Origin: the human T2T-CHM13v2.0 reference genome, Homo sapiens
DNA length: 64,000 nt
NCBI GenBank assembly: GCA_009914755.4
Contig: CP068257.2
Coordinates: 32,512,001-32,576,000 of the forward strand
Reading direction: 5' to 3'
The position numbers were made by a program, and so were the translations under genes. The notes beneath the pieces are model-generated. The model was not told the origin of the DNA. It was given only the letters and a program-made list of their open reading frames with translations, and made no database searches. This document shows positions 47,200-60,250 of the stretch, in pieces; positions within the stretch are counted from its first letter, which is position 1; each line of letters opens with the position of its first letter.

Positions 47200-47300
47200 T
47201 GTATCTTTTTTGTTCATTCTTCTATGTCCCATGCCTAGCAGAGTAAACTGGCATAGATTGGGCACTCAGTTATTCGGTGAACAAAATAAATGAATGAACA
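47200..47300 (+). repeat. MIR-like 3' fragment
   Basis: 'atgcctagcagagtaaactggcatagattgggcactcagttattcggtgaacaaaataaatgaatgaa' resembles the MIR tail 'gcacatagtaagcgctcaataaatgtt..'. Confidence 0.35.
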
Positions 47301-50014
47301 AACTATGAAATGGTTTCAACATCCAACAATGCATTGAGAGCCTCTAAAAACTTTAAGAAAAATGGACACATTTTGTTTAACCGAACACGTGATCATTGTT
47401 GATAATTGTGGGCTGCACTCTCTCTAATGACTCTCCTAACTGTACGCTTCTGTTTGGGCTACTGACCAGGTTTTGTCTTGTGTGAGTCTACCTGCACCAT
47501 TTCTGAGCATTTCTCCTGCTTCTGTCCTGTAGAAGCAAAACAATTAGATACACGAATCCCTTCTCCAGAATTATGCAGCTACTGTCAACCAAAAATGGTG
47601 GATAACTGCCAATGACGTACATGTTGGAATTAGTGTTTGAGATTTATCAGACACTAACATATGACAGGACTTGGGCGGTGCTGAGATAATAATGAGGCCT
47701 TGCAAATGGGCATCACTCAGCATTGCAGGGAGTCCAGGGTGAGGGGCAGGACTGGACTAGCTCAACAGAGTACTTGGCATGAGGGGGCAACATGGGAAAT
47801 GTATAGGGACTCGAAAACTATAGTTGGTATTAGAGCCAGAGGCCCTTTGTCTCATCCCTCACCAGGAGTAGGGGCCCTTAGAGTACTGTCACCAGAAGGT
47901 TCTGGGAAAGTTGTAGAGACCGAATGAGTTGCTACACTACTGACCCTGCCATGTGCCAGCAATCTCCTTGATGGTCTCTGGGCAGTCTGTTTCACAGACC
48001 TGAAAAAAAGATTGAGAAAGCCTATGATATCTTATTTCATCAAGTCCGGTCTACAATGGCTTGATAGTAAGACCAGCCATTATTTTATATACCAATAGGA
48101 GAGGAAAAACACTGCCAACACACTGTGACAGATGCCTTTAATGACAGTCCTGAATGACATATGAATCAATGACATCAGATTCCTTTTAAGTTAATCTTCA
48201 TCTCTTCTAGAGATTTGGCAATGAAACAAGTAACTCGGCAATAGAAAGTAACACAGCTTGTCCGACTGGTGGGTATCTTCCTTTGCGAGGTTTCTGGTGC
48301 ACTTGATTGTTTCTTTGCAAGAAAATATGGACTCCTGATCATTCTTTCTGTGATAAATGTCGTTCACTAATACCACCTTTGCATCCTACTGCTTGGTTTC
48401 TGTACCTTTCTGACTACAAAATAGCTTGTTATTTCAGTGCTGAATCGTAGTGAAATTTCTTTGGGGAGATTCCTACACAGTAGTTAAACTCTGAGGTTAA
48501 GCTAACAAATGCACAGATCTCAATCAAAGTGATAACAATGTGAACAGCTACAGCTGGGTGGATGCACATGGCCGATGGCTTTTGAAAGATACTCCTGATT
48601 AAGATGTATCTGGATCTCAGCAATGTTAGCCTGTGAAAAACTGTGCCTCTTAAAATCTGTGGAATACAGTAATTCTGTCCAATTCAGTAATTTGGGAGGG
48701 AGAGTTCTTCTGCACTTATGACATGTTTCGTGAACATCCTTTGTCTGCTGGGGAATGTTCTAGGGCTTCAGTGGGAAACAGGCTGACTCCCCTGCCCACA
48801 TGGAGCTCACACTGAGTAAGGAGAACAGACAATAAGGGAATAAACAGAACAATGTTCATGTTATTTTAAGTGCAAGGAAGGAAATAAACAGGAGGCTGAG
48901 ATGGAGCCTCACAGTGGGACGGGTACAGGATGTACATGAGCATTTGTGATGAGCCTTCTGATTTCCAACTAAGTCAACACTTGGATTTTTGTCTCTAAGA
49001 GTCACTGGCAGCCTGCAGGGCGATCACCTGTCCCTAGGTTTGCCCAGAACTGAGGGGTTTCACGGGATATGAGCCTTGAACTCCTATAATGGGCAGACCC
49101 AAGCATACTAGTACAGTTCGTCCCCCTATGGAGATTCTAACTCAAGTTTCCTTGTAGTTTAATATTTTTATTACTATTTCCATGTCTAATGAAGTTTGAT
49201 ACTTAACCATCCACTGTGGCTTTTATTATCTTTCACTCCCATCTCTCTTATTTTCATAAAAAGAGATTAATTCTATAGTACAACTAAAGTCTTATAATTC
49301 TTAAATGCAGTCACTCAACACCACCAGTTAAACACCTACTTAAAGTCCTTCGGGGCCTCAATGATAGGTCAGGGTATCTCTCAGGGGTAAGAAATGTCTA
49401 TCGACAGCTAGAAGATCAGGTAGTGGCACAACCAAGCGTCCACCAAAGCCTCCAGCTGGGAGAAGGTGGGTGGTTGCTAAGCAGGGATGAGGGCAGGGCG
49501 AGCTGCTTTGTTTTTCTAATTTTATTTTGTTTTGGATGAACAATTCCAACCAAAGGCTTTGAAGAAGAGCAATTTTCTTTGCCTTTGAAATGAGTTAAAG
49601 GCAAAACAACTCCATCCTTTCATGTTAGGAATCATTTTGGTAAAGTAGTGCGGCTTTCTGTTTTTTTTTTTAACTAAAAGACAAGCTGAACTCTGGATTG
49701 CAAATGCTTTCATGGCTATTAGAAGTATAGTTTGTTTGTTTTTTCTCTTTAAAACAATGAAATGCAAATTCTTGGCTTTCTCTTCAAGCAAGGAGCGGCG
49801 AGGGGAAGCCACTCTGGAGGCTGGATGCAGATGTGTTGTTGTCAGTGACACTACAATACTTACTAGTTTTTGCAAAGTCCCAGTGAACTTCATGTTCGTT
49901 CCCTGCCTTTTTAGTCTCAAGGTTGATGTGTAACAATGCCTGTGCCCACTGTAATATTCCAAAACTACCATGTCCTTTCCATTCTTTCCCCCGACCCCAT
50001 TGTGTTTCATTTTC

Positions 50015-50183
50015 TTTTTCTTTTTTTAAAATTTAATTTAACTGAATTTTAAGTACAGGGCTTGCAGATTTGTTACATAGGTAAATGTGTGTCATGGTGG
50101 TTTATTGCACCTATCAACCCATCACCTAAGTATTAAGCCCCACATGCATTAGCTATTTATCCTAATGCTCTCCCTCCCCCCAC
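50015..50183 (-). mobile_element. Short, heavily 5'-truncated L1 3'UTR insertion with TSDs
   Basis: 'gggcttgcagatttgttacataggtaaatgtgtgtcatggtggtttattgcacctatcaacccatcacctaagtattaagcc...cctaatgctctccctcccccacccc' is the reverse complement of the L1 3'UTR. A T-rich tail 'tttctttttctttttttaaaattt' is at 50015-50040. Flanking direct repeats are 'ccccattgtgtttcattttc' at 49995-50014 and 'ccccgctgtgtttcattttc' at 50184-50203. Confidence 0.5.
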
Positions 50184-53100
50184 CCCGCTGTGTTTCATTT
50201 TCCTCTCATATCTCGTGACCACATAATTCCTTCTTTAATGACAAATTGTATTGAATGAGGTGGCCAGTCTTAGAAGTGCTGTAATCTGAAAGAAAAAAAT
50301 GAAACTTTCCACTTCATCACTCTGGTATATTATTATTTTTAAAAAGATGCAAGTTGTCATATGAAAATGGAGGCATTAATTCCTTAACCTATTCCAAAAC
50401 TTTAGCTCATATTTGCCAAGAAAACAGAATGCGAATGGGAAGCCGTGTTTCTGCTTGAGGCAGTAGGAAGCAGGAGACCAAAAAGTCGTCTTAATGTTAA
50501 GCAAAACTTTGAATCAGCATTTAAATTAGATATGCTTTAACGGCTAATGTTATTTGAAAGCTGAATAGCCAATGTCAAAAATAGATTTCCCTTTCTTTCC
50601 AAAGTGCAGACGGGGTCCAGAAAGGGGCAAAAATAACCACATGCCTTTCTTGGACTCCTGACTCTTACCACCCAAAGGGTTTTCTTGTGTAGCAACCAAC
50701 AATTCCTTGGATGGAAACACTGGATAGGCTAGTCATTATTTTGAGATTGAAGGGACTGCAGATTCTTGGCAGACCTCTGTTGTTTTTCTAGAGTTGTAGG
50801 CAAGTAGTTGGACAAAAAGCAAGAAGCTGATCGATGTTGCTGGCTTTGGATTCTTTGTGAACAAATGAGACAAGGTGAGTAGCTGCCCTGCTCAACTCCC
50901 TCTTCGTTTTGGTGTGGGGCGGGGGTGGGGGTGGGGAGGGAAAGGTTCTGATGACTGCAATCCTGGTGTCGGATCTTGGTCTGTTGGAAAACAACGGGCT
51001 CGCCGGCCCCTGTAGGAAGACCTAGGCAATGTCTGCATGCTGCCTGTGCAGCCCATGGAGGGGTTAGAAATAGTAGGATTGCTTGTAGAGAGAGAACAAT
51101 CACTCAATTGTCAGATTTTTTTTTTTCACTTTTCATCCACACGCTGGGTGGCTTTGTAGCACAGTCGGAGATACTGTGTTGAGGAGCCTTTGCTCATGGC
51201 AATGTTTCCTCTGTTCACTTTCTGCTGCTTCTGCATTGGAAAATTCCGTCCTTTAACACTGGGATTATATGTCACCGTTGCTGAAATCATAGACAGAGTC
51301 CACTTAATTTGGTGCGAGCATGAGAAATAGCCAGAGAATGGGAGAAGCATAGCATTCCCTTGTATAAAGAGAGGATTGAATAAGGTCAGTGAACCAGAGA
51401 CAGCAGGTCACAAACCCTCAGAGGGTCATGAAAATGTTCCCTGGTTTCCTGCCTTTGGGAGCAAAACGGATGCCTGTTTAAATTTTTTAAAAAATTATTG
51501 AAGATTAGCCATGATACTTGTTTGAGCTGGGTGAGATATTTGAGGGCTCATTATACTAGTTTCTGTACTTTTGCACATTTTTGAAAATTTCAAATGATAA
51601 AACATTTTTTACGAAATATTTAAATACCTCCCTGCTTCATCTCAGAACGATTCCAGAGCCCCTGAGTGGGTCCCATGTACGCATGCGTGGCAGTAGGGGC
51701 TGCTCAACTGAGCATGCTCGTGATTTGGCCTCAGTCAATTTCACTGTGTGCTGAGCCCCCAACGATGCTAACCCCTGTGCGGTTTCAAATGGCCTTTATT
51801 CTTAGCCATATGTTCTTTGGCCCATATCCTAAATGGATCATTTGTTAAAGGCTAGAAACATTAGCAACACAGATGTTGAAATTCATGTTAATAATTCAGT
51901 AAATTGCCTCATGATAATCTTCACTTTATCTGAAGATGGCCTTTGTCTCGTCAAAGTCTGCCCCTGGACCTCAGAAACCCAGTGTTACAGAAAGAAAAGA
52001 CAGGGACAGTTATGTCTAATTTTGGTTTTCATTTATAGAGAACAAATGGTTGTAAAGAAGTGATTACAAATAGCAGCTAGCTGATATTTTAAGCACAAAA
52101 TATAAGAATTTCAGACATGAGGTCATGAAAGCAATTTTTGATGCCCCAATTCCTGGTTAATTTCAATTTTTATTTTAATCTGAGCACCCAACAGCTGACA
52201 CAAAATAACTCTTTTATTGACTTCCTCCTTGTATCTGGTGGCCCTGAAATGGTTATCATAAAATTTATTGTGTAGTCACTGTTTCCTAGCTCTTGTGGAC
52301 ACAGAAATGGTAGAAGTTTCTAGAAATGAGGCATGTAGGTACATTGTAAGGTTTATGGGTTTTAGCCACACACTCTTGAAACTTGGTGTTAATCTTCACA
52401 TTTGTTTAAAATTTTAAATATATTGATATTAAAGATTGTAGCTAACATGAAATTTATGTTGACAAAATAGAAAATATTTTGACTATCAGTTTCTACTTTT
52501 GCATACACACTATAGTAGATATCTTCTGTGTGTATCTCTCACCTTCTGACCCATCTTCCACACCAGCCATTGCTGGAGCAGCCAGCTTTGCGCAGGTGTA
52601 ACCAGAAGGTGCCTTGTTTCAGCTGCACTGCGTCTCTCCATTTCTGCCCTGGGCCTCTCTGACACAGTGTCCTGGTATTGAGGCTTGTGCAACCTGGAAG
52701 TGTAAGGGAGTCAACATTCTATGAGGAAATTCTTGGCCAAAAGGGGGTGGGAGTCTATAAATTAGTACTCCCTTTTTTCTTCCCCTAGGCTGCAAATTCA
52801 GAGGATCCTCCCAGAAGATAAGATGGAGCAGGTCACCACCTTCTTCCCTGCTTCACACCCTCAGGCCCCGACTCTTGTCTGCTGAGATCACTCTCCAAAC
52901 CAATCTTCCCTTACAAAGCCCTTGTTGCAGGCTATGCTTTCTGAGGGGAACCCAGGCCAAGACACTAAAATGACACACCAACATGAAGACATGAACACAA
53001 TTGCAAAGGGATTGGTTGGATTGCATATCTCTGTGAATGGGACTCAAGAGAAGTTTGGGAAATGCTGGACCAGATGACCCTTGCAATCATGGTGCACAGA

Positions 53101-55904
53101 ATTAAAACCGTCAAGTTCCCCATCCATCTCTGAGATGGATGAGAATCTGAGTCTTCCACAAGATGCCCAAGACTTGTTAAACCCGTGGAATGTCTTTGGG
53201 TATGTGTGACATCAACAAGAAGCAGCAGACAAAACAAAATATTTTCACAAACATTCAGAAATCCCTAAATCTTGTGAGTTGTCGTATCATTTGTAGATAT
53301 AATTATAAAATGGCACATGATGCTGACCTATTCCAAGGCAATTGTTCATCTCATGGTAGGGTGTAATCTCTGCCTGCAGATTAAGGCAGAAGAGACCAAG
53401 GAGGGCTGTTTACTCCTTCATGATCCATCCCAGGGGAGGGTGGGTTTTGGACCAGTTAGGTTATGTGGCTGGCTGCTGAGGATTCTGAACATCTAGTTAC
53501 CTCCCTGTACCTCTGTCCCATATACTCTAGGCCAGTGGCTCTTCCCTGGATTGGGCCATCTTTTTCTGAAGGCAAATTTTCCACTAGGAGGAAGGTTAGA
53601 AATGCCAGTTCTTGAGTTGCACCCCAGATCTTTGGCAGTCTGTTGCGATAGATCTTCCAGGCGACTCTGATGCTGGCTGAAGTTTGAGAACCATTGCCCT
53701 TGGCCTGTTCCTGCTCATCCTGGCTTGCAGGCTTTGGAGGCCTTCGCTGTTGATTGATTTACACTCCTCTCCACAGAATGGGCTCAGGAAACAAAAGATT
53801 ACTTGATTAGCTGGGAGGTGAGAGAAAAGGGGCTGGAACTGTGTAGGCAGCCACGCAGCTTACAAATAGATTATGTTCTGGACTTTGGAAGTCAGCTGTT
53901 TGGAATAGAAGCTGTTTTCCTAGGAATGGTAGATAGCTTTTTATGCCAGCACATAAAGGCATATTTAATTCCAAACTTGGCTGAAATACTGCTGCGTCAC
54001 AATGAAAATGAGCAGATCCCAGTGCTCCTGGAGTATTAGTACCTAATCAAAGCAGAACAGAACAAGAAATGAAACACGGAGATGGTATTTTATGTATGTT
54101 AATATTGCTGATCAAAGAAAAAGGTTGATTTGGAGACGAATTAAGAGGTAAATTGGGATATGTCAAGATTCATAAGGAGTTTCTGGCCTTTCTCTAGAAT
54201 ATGATGATACTCATTCATTTAGGCAGACTTTCCTTAACTGTGGTTCTGGATTGTTACCTTTCTTTTTTCTGAAGGCAAATTTCCCACTAGGAGGGAGGTA
54301 AAGAATTCTGAGACCAACTGGCATGGGTTGAAAAGGAGAACAGAAAGAGTAATGGAATCAGAGAGAATGCAGGTGTATTTATTAATTAATACGAGCCTCA
54401 ACGGAGACAAAACTAACATGAGTTGTGAGCAATGAGAGGTGGATGGGCATAGACCGAGGTCAGGATTCTCCTCTGTACTTGGCAAGACAGGAAAGACAGC
54501 AGACCTATGTGGAGCACGTGAGCTGGGAGCTGCTGTTCTGGAAACCTTCCCTCCCACTGTATTTGCCTGCCCTTGTCCCTTACACAGTTCCATTTCATGT
54601 CACCCGACTTCTTTCCTTTCCCTGGTTACTGATAGGGCAAAAGAAGATGAGCTGGACCAACTCCCTTTTTCTTCCTAGAGATTTGAACTAAGAAACAACC
54701 AGATACATTTCAGTCCGTGATGGGAAGAGGTTTGCGGCTGGCTGTGAGCACTTCACACATTCACAAATCACGCACTTCTAGTTGGCTTTCTTGTGATGGC
54801 GAAAATACTTTCTTTTTGGTTTCATGATGCATTTATTAACCATTCTATTTTTGTATCATACAAATGATCAGAGCTGACAGTTGAATGGCTGGGTTGGGAG
54901 AAGTGTGGTAGCCCTAATGGAATTAATTAATTGAATAATATTGCCTGACAAATGGCTCCATTATACCAAAGAGGGCTTGAGACTTAATTACTGATGTCAT
55001 TTATCTCTCTATTTGCACCCCAATAATAAGTGACTCATTTCTCATTAATATTGGGTCATCTTCCAAAAGGAAGAAAAGAGGCCAAAATATCAGGCGGGTG
55101 GGTGGGGGGTGAAGCAATGTCTTTGTTCCCTATCTCATTATTTTGATAAATCATAACAGACTCCCGTTAATTAGGTGGGCAGGCTTAACTGGCTGACTCC
55201 TGTCCAACAATTACCTCAGAAAGGAGCACCACTGGGAACACGTCCTTCCCTTGGGACGACATGAAAGGAAGTCTCTAACAAAAAAGGGGATCGTTCCCTT
55301 GGCCACGCTGGGGGCATCACAGTTGTCAAGACACATTTCTAGACGTAAGGGCTGGAGCTGTCTCGGGGACATCGCCTGTGCATGACGGTGATGTCTGTGG
55401 GCCTGATGCTGCCTTCCTAATCCAGGGTTGAGCTAATGGTTCTCAGTGCCTTTGAGTCCCCCTGGGAAATGAGAACCTAATTAAGCAGGGGAACAGGTGT
55501 AAAGAGAACCTGATTTGATCTGGCCACATTAATTGCTGAGATTGGGCTTGCATTTAGCTGGAAACAGTGAATTAACTACAGCCGGAATACAGCTAATCCC
55601 TTGGTTTCGCTGCGACTGTGTATAAAACACACTGGACCTGCTGGGGAACACAAACAAAGAGGGATTTGCAGTGAAGGTAAAACCGCATCCTTGCATGGGA
55701 AGGGCTGAGAAACGAGCTTAGCCACAGAGGGTGGCCATGTGGCCCAGACTGGGCGGCTCATTTTCCCTACAAAATTACCAATAGCACTCTCTTTTATTCT
55801 CAAAAAATGTTCCAGTTTGGGCAATAAATTAAATGGTTACTTTATTTCAATGAGAATTTTAAGTTGGTTTAAAATATTTTTTTCTTTACCGGAGGAGTGG
55901 TATT

Positions 55905-56362
55905 ATAGGTTGAGGAGTTACCGGTTGAATTTTGTCCCCCTCAACAAAGATGTTGAAGTCCTGACCCCCAGTATCTGTGAACGTGACCTTATTTGGAATT
56001 GGGGTCTTTGCAGATGATCCAGTTAAGGTGAGGCCATTAAGGGTGAGCCCTCATCCAGGATGACTGGTGGCTTTTAAAAGGGGGGAATTTTGGACACAGT
56101 CACAGGGAGGGCACCATATGAAGGTGAAGGCAGAGTCTGCGGCAATGTTTCTATAAGCCAAGGAACCTGAGGATTGCCAGTGACCCCCAGAAGTTAAGGG
56201 AGGGGCCTGGAACAGATTCTCCCCCAGAGCCCTCAGAACAAACCCTGCCAACACCTTGATCTCAGACTTCTGGCCTCCAGAACTGTTCAGCAATAAACGT
56301 CTGTTGTTTAAGCCACCCTGCCTTTGGCACTTTGTCACGGCGGCCCCAGCAGACTAACTCAC
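55905..56362 (+). mobile_element. MLT1-type MaLR LTR
   Basis: '...ttttgtccccctcaacaaagatgttgaagtcctgacccccagtatctgtgaacgtgaccttatttggaattggggtctttgcagatgatccagttaaggtgaggccattaagggtgagccc...ccttgatctcagacttctggcctccagaactgttcagcaataaacgtctgttgtttaagccaccc'. Confidence 0.55.
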
Positions 56363-56772
56363 GTGGGCACTAGTCTCGAAGCATCTGATAAGGCTCTAAT
56401 GACTCATGGTTTGTACGGTTCACAGAACTGAGCCGTCTTGATGGCGAAGGCTGGTCGCAGGGTTAGGGAGCAGAGCTGATTAGAGGACCAGTACCAATTT
56501 CCCACCTCCTCGGTGCCAAGCTCTGGGAAGAGGGTGACAGAGATGGCCCTGGTTCCTGGCCTCAAGGGGCCAGCAGTCCGGTGGGCAGGCAGCCTGTGCA
56601 GGTGACCTTGTACTTCATTAGCTAAACACGAGTATGTATCTATGTACACACACCTGGAAGGGAGGGAAGCTCAATATAGGTGGGGGGCAGGCCTCCCAAG
56701 CTGGGCTGAAAAGCATCAGCCTTCCCAGGATGGGACATCTCAGCTGAGACCTGAGAAGAAAGGGCTACCTGG

Positions 56773-57086
56773 ATTTTATTTTATTTTGTTTTCTTATTTT
56801 TGAGACAGGATCTCATTCTGTTGCCCAGAGGCTAGAGTGCAATGATGCAGTCACGACTCACTGTAGCCTTGACCTCCGTAGGCTCAAGCGATCCTCCTGT
56901 CTCAGCCTCCCAGGTAGCTGGAACCACAGGCACACACCACTGTGCCCAGCTAATTTTTGTATTTTTTGTAGAGACGGGGTTTCGCCATGTTGCCCAGGCT
57001 GGTCTCAAACTCCTGGGCTCAAGGGATCCACCCACCTCAGCCTCCCAAAAGTGCTGAGATTATAGGTGCAAGGCACAACGCTGGGC
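56773..57086 (-). mobile_element. Alu SINE (AluJ-like) with 14-bp TSD
   Basis: 'ttttattttgttttcttatttttgagacaggatctcattctgttgcccagaggctagagtgcaatgatgcagtcacgactcactgtagcc...gctgagattataggtgcaaggcacaacgctgggc'. TSD 'ctacctggatttta' at 56764-56777 and 57089-57102. Confidence 0.85.
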
Positions 57087-59659
57087 TGCTACCTGGATTT
57101 TAAAAAGGCAGGAGAAACGGAGAACAAATGTGAAGTTCTGAGGACCAGGAGGGCTGGAGCTTGAAAATTCCAACCCGGGAGCGGAGAGACTGGAGAAGGT
57201 TGTTTTCCAATTCGTTTTCTCAGCCTTCATTGCTCGTTTATCGAGCGTGTAGAGCACACTGCCATGCACCAGGACAAAGCCACCGCTTCTGTTGGGAGAA
57301 CTCACTCACGGCAGGAGAGGAGGCCCCTTGAAGTGAATGGAAAAGCCTTAAATGGGAGAGGGATAGGAGGAATGGACAATGTTCACTCCTGGGTCAGAAG
57401 ACAGGAGCTCTTTGGTCCCTGACCTCTCTGGTCAATTGTTTGCATGTGGCTAGGCGTGGAGAGGTCATAGGTCACATCCAAAAGTGCTAAATTATTTCTA
57501 AGTGTATAATGAGATTCTCTGTCCCTGAAGCCGAATTTTGGTTGCAGCTTGTCAGAGTTTCATTCATAGATATGGCTGGTCAATTGAGAACATTCTAGAG
57601 AACACTTTTGTGATGGTTCCTTCCTCTTGAGGTTCTGAGCTCCATATCCTTCCACCTCAGACCCCACATCCAGGACCTACCATCTTGAATTTAAGTTTTT
57701 GCCCCTTGGCCCAGAGTCTAAGGAAATTATGAGATCCATAGACCCAATCCATACAGTGCTTTTGCTTTTGAATGCCAGCGTTGGCGTTTCTTGGGTGCTA
57801 TTTTCAAGGCGGATTTCTAGGTTGGATGTTAAAGTCATCGTTTCTCTTCTCCAGTTGACTTCAATGACCTGTTGCCGGTGGGCCCGGGACAAAAAGTTTT
57901 GGGAAGGCAAAACTGGGGTCTGATTTGGTAGGCATGGCATGGATTATGTAAGTGTACAGGTCTGCATTTCAAAATGAAAAATAACAATAATAATTAGGGT
58001 TTCTCTGGGCTCCTCATGTCCAAGCCACTCTTGCAAAACCACCTTTGGATGAGCCTGAAGTGTCAGCAAATCAGAAACATGTGGATTTAATTTCCTTTGA
58101 AATACACCAGGGGGAGAGGGAGCTGTGGGACTTGGCAACCTGCTTCTTCGGGTTTGCCAAACCCCAAATATCTCACACTCTGTGAGAGCTCTACGCTGGC
58201 CCCCAGCAGTCTCGTCTGGCCAGCCCAGCCTCTGCATTTCTTGCTGTACCGTCTAGGTCTCCTCTAACCATGATTCCCTTCTCTGGGTCCATTTCAGCTG
58301 CCAGAGGGATGCTAACACCGCCCACGTGCTGCAGCAGGACTTTGGAAGGGGAACCAGCACTGTAATGAAGTGTTGGGTTGGCTCAAGTCTTGTCTGGACC
58401 ACAAACCATTTTTCAACCACTAGTGTGCCTTTAAAACCCAAACCAACTGTGAGAGTGGTTTTCTACTTTGATTCTAGATGGGAAAATATTTTGCTTTTTT
58501 GGTGGATGACAGTGTCAGGTCCCAAATGGATTTGGTTTCATCCTCCAGCACGCATGCATATAACGTGAAACATGCCCACACTCTGCAAGGGCCACAGCCA
58601 CCCCACCATTATGTTCCAAGGCAAATATGCGTCCGCGGGTCCCCGGGAAAGTAAAGGAGTTTCACATTGAGGAGCCGAGCCACACAGTCTAGCAGTTCTG
58701 ATGTCTCTCCAAGGCCCACAGATCCTGGTCTACTAACTTAAGGGTAAGGTTGTATAAATAAGGTCCACATCACTTGCTGGTTCATTATTTTTCTTCGTTG
58801 ATAGTAATGCCTCCTTTTTTCTTCCTTTGTATTTTCTGTGTCTTGCAGCCCCTTTTGTCTAAAATAGTGATGTACATTAAATGCAAAGGGCAAATGGAAC
58901 CATTGAAAAGTACTTTTTGCATCCAAAACAGCCAACGCTTTGGTGCCTGCTATGTGTCAGACACTGATTCTTCTGTCATCCTTATTCTACTGATGAGGCA
59001 ACTGAGGCAGCTTCAGAGAGTTCGAGTAACCTGCGGATCACACAACTAGGAAGTAAGAGAGCTGGAACTTGACGTTGGGCTGTTGACCTCCAGAAATGGT
59101 GTTTTTTCCAGTACTCAGTGCTGCCTCTGACTCCATTGTGATGGTTGATTTTATGTGTCAACTTGACTGGGCCCAGGGGTACCCAGATATTTGGTCAAAC
59201 ATTATTCTGGGTGTTTCTGTGAGGGCGTTTTGGGTGAGATTAACATTTAAATTGGTAGACTGAGTAAAGCAGATGGCCCTCTATGATATGGCCAGGCCTC
59301 ATCCAATCCATTGAAAGCCTGAATGGAACAAAAAGGCCAACCCTCCCTCAGTAGGAGGAAATTTCGTCTGCTTGACTGCATTCAAACTAGGACGTCAACT
59401 TTTTCCTGCCTTTGGACTTGAATAGAAACATCAGCTCTTCCTAGGTCTTCAACCTGCCAGGCTTCAGATTGAAGTTTATACCATCAGCTCTCTTGGTTCT
59501 TGGGCCTTTGGACCCAGACTGTAAGTGCACCATCCGTTCTCTTGGGTCTTGCTTGCTGACTCACCCTGCAGATTTGGGGACTTATCAGCCTCTAATTCTG
59601 TGAGCCAATTCCTTCTAATATATCTCTCTATATGCATCCTGTCTCACTGGAAGAACCCT

Positions 59660-60058
59660 GATACGGTTAGGCTTTGTGTCCTCATTCAAATCTCATCTTG
59701 AATTGTAAATCCCATAATCCCCATAATCCCCATGTGTCAGGGGAGGGATCAGGTGGAGGTAATTGCATCATGGGAGCAGTTTCCCCTGTGCTCTTCTCAC
59801 GATAGTGAAAGAGTTCTCACAAGATCTGATGGTTTTATAAGGGGCTCTTCCCCCTTTGCTCTGCACTTCCCCTTCCTGCTGCCTTGTGGCCTTGTGAAGA
59901 AGGTGTCTTGCTTCCCCTTTGCCCTCCTCCATGATTGTAAGTTTCCTGAGGCCTCCCCAGTCATGCAGAACTGTGAGTCAATTAAACCTCTGTCCTTTAT
60001 AAATTACCCAGTCTCAGGCGGTTCTTTATACCAGTGTGAGAATGGACTAATACAAACC
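59660..60058 (+). mobile_element. MaLR LTR (MST/THE1-like, diverged)
   Basis: 'tgatacggttaggctttgtgtcctcattcaaatctcatcttgaattgtaaatcccataatcccc...gtgtcaggggagggatcaggtggaggtaattgcatcatgggagcagtttcccc...tcacaagatctgatggttttataagg...gcctccccagtcatgcagaactgtgagtcaattaaacctctgtcctttataaattacccagtctcaggcggttctttataccagtgtgagaatggactaatacaa'. Confidence 0.65.
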
Positions 60059-60195
60059 CTAATACATCAATTTCTTTTTTGATCTACCAGGCAATCCTGT
60101 GAAGTAGATGGGTCAGGTAATATCATTGCTATTTGACAGATGAGGGAGAACAAGACCTAGCAAATGAACACGCATGTGTTACATGCTCACATAGT

Positions 60196-60250
60196 CACAC
60201 ACATGCTCGCATGCGTGCGCGTGCACACACACACACACACACACACATAT
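60196..60250. repeat. Alternating purine-pyrimidine tract plus (CA)n microsatellite
   Basis: 'catgctcgcatgcgtgcgcgtgcacacacacacacacacacacacatatacatacag'. Confidence 0.8.
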
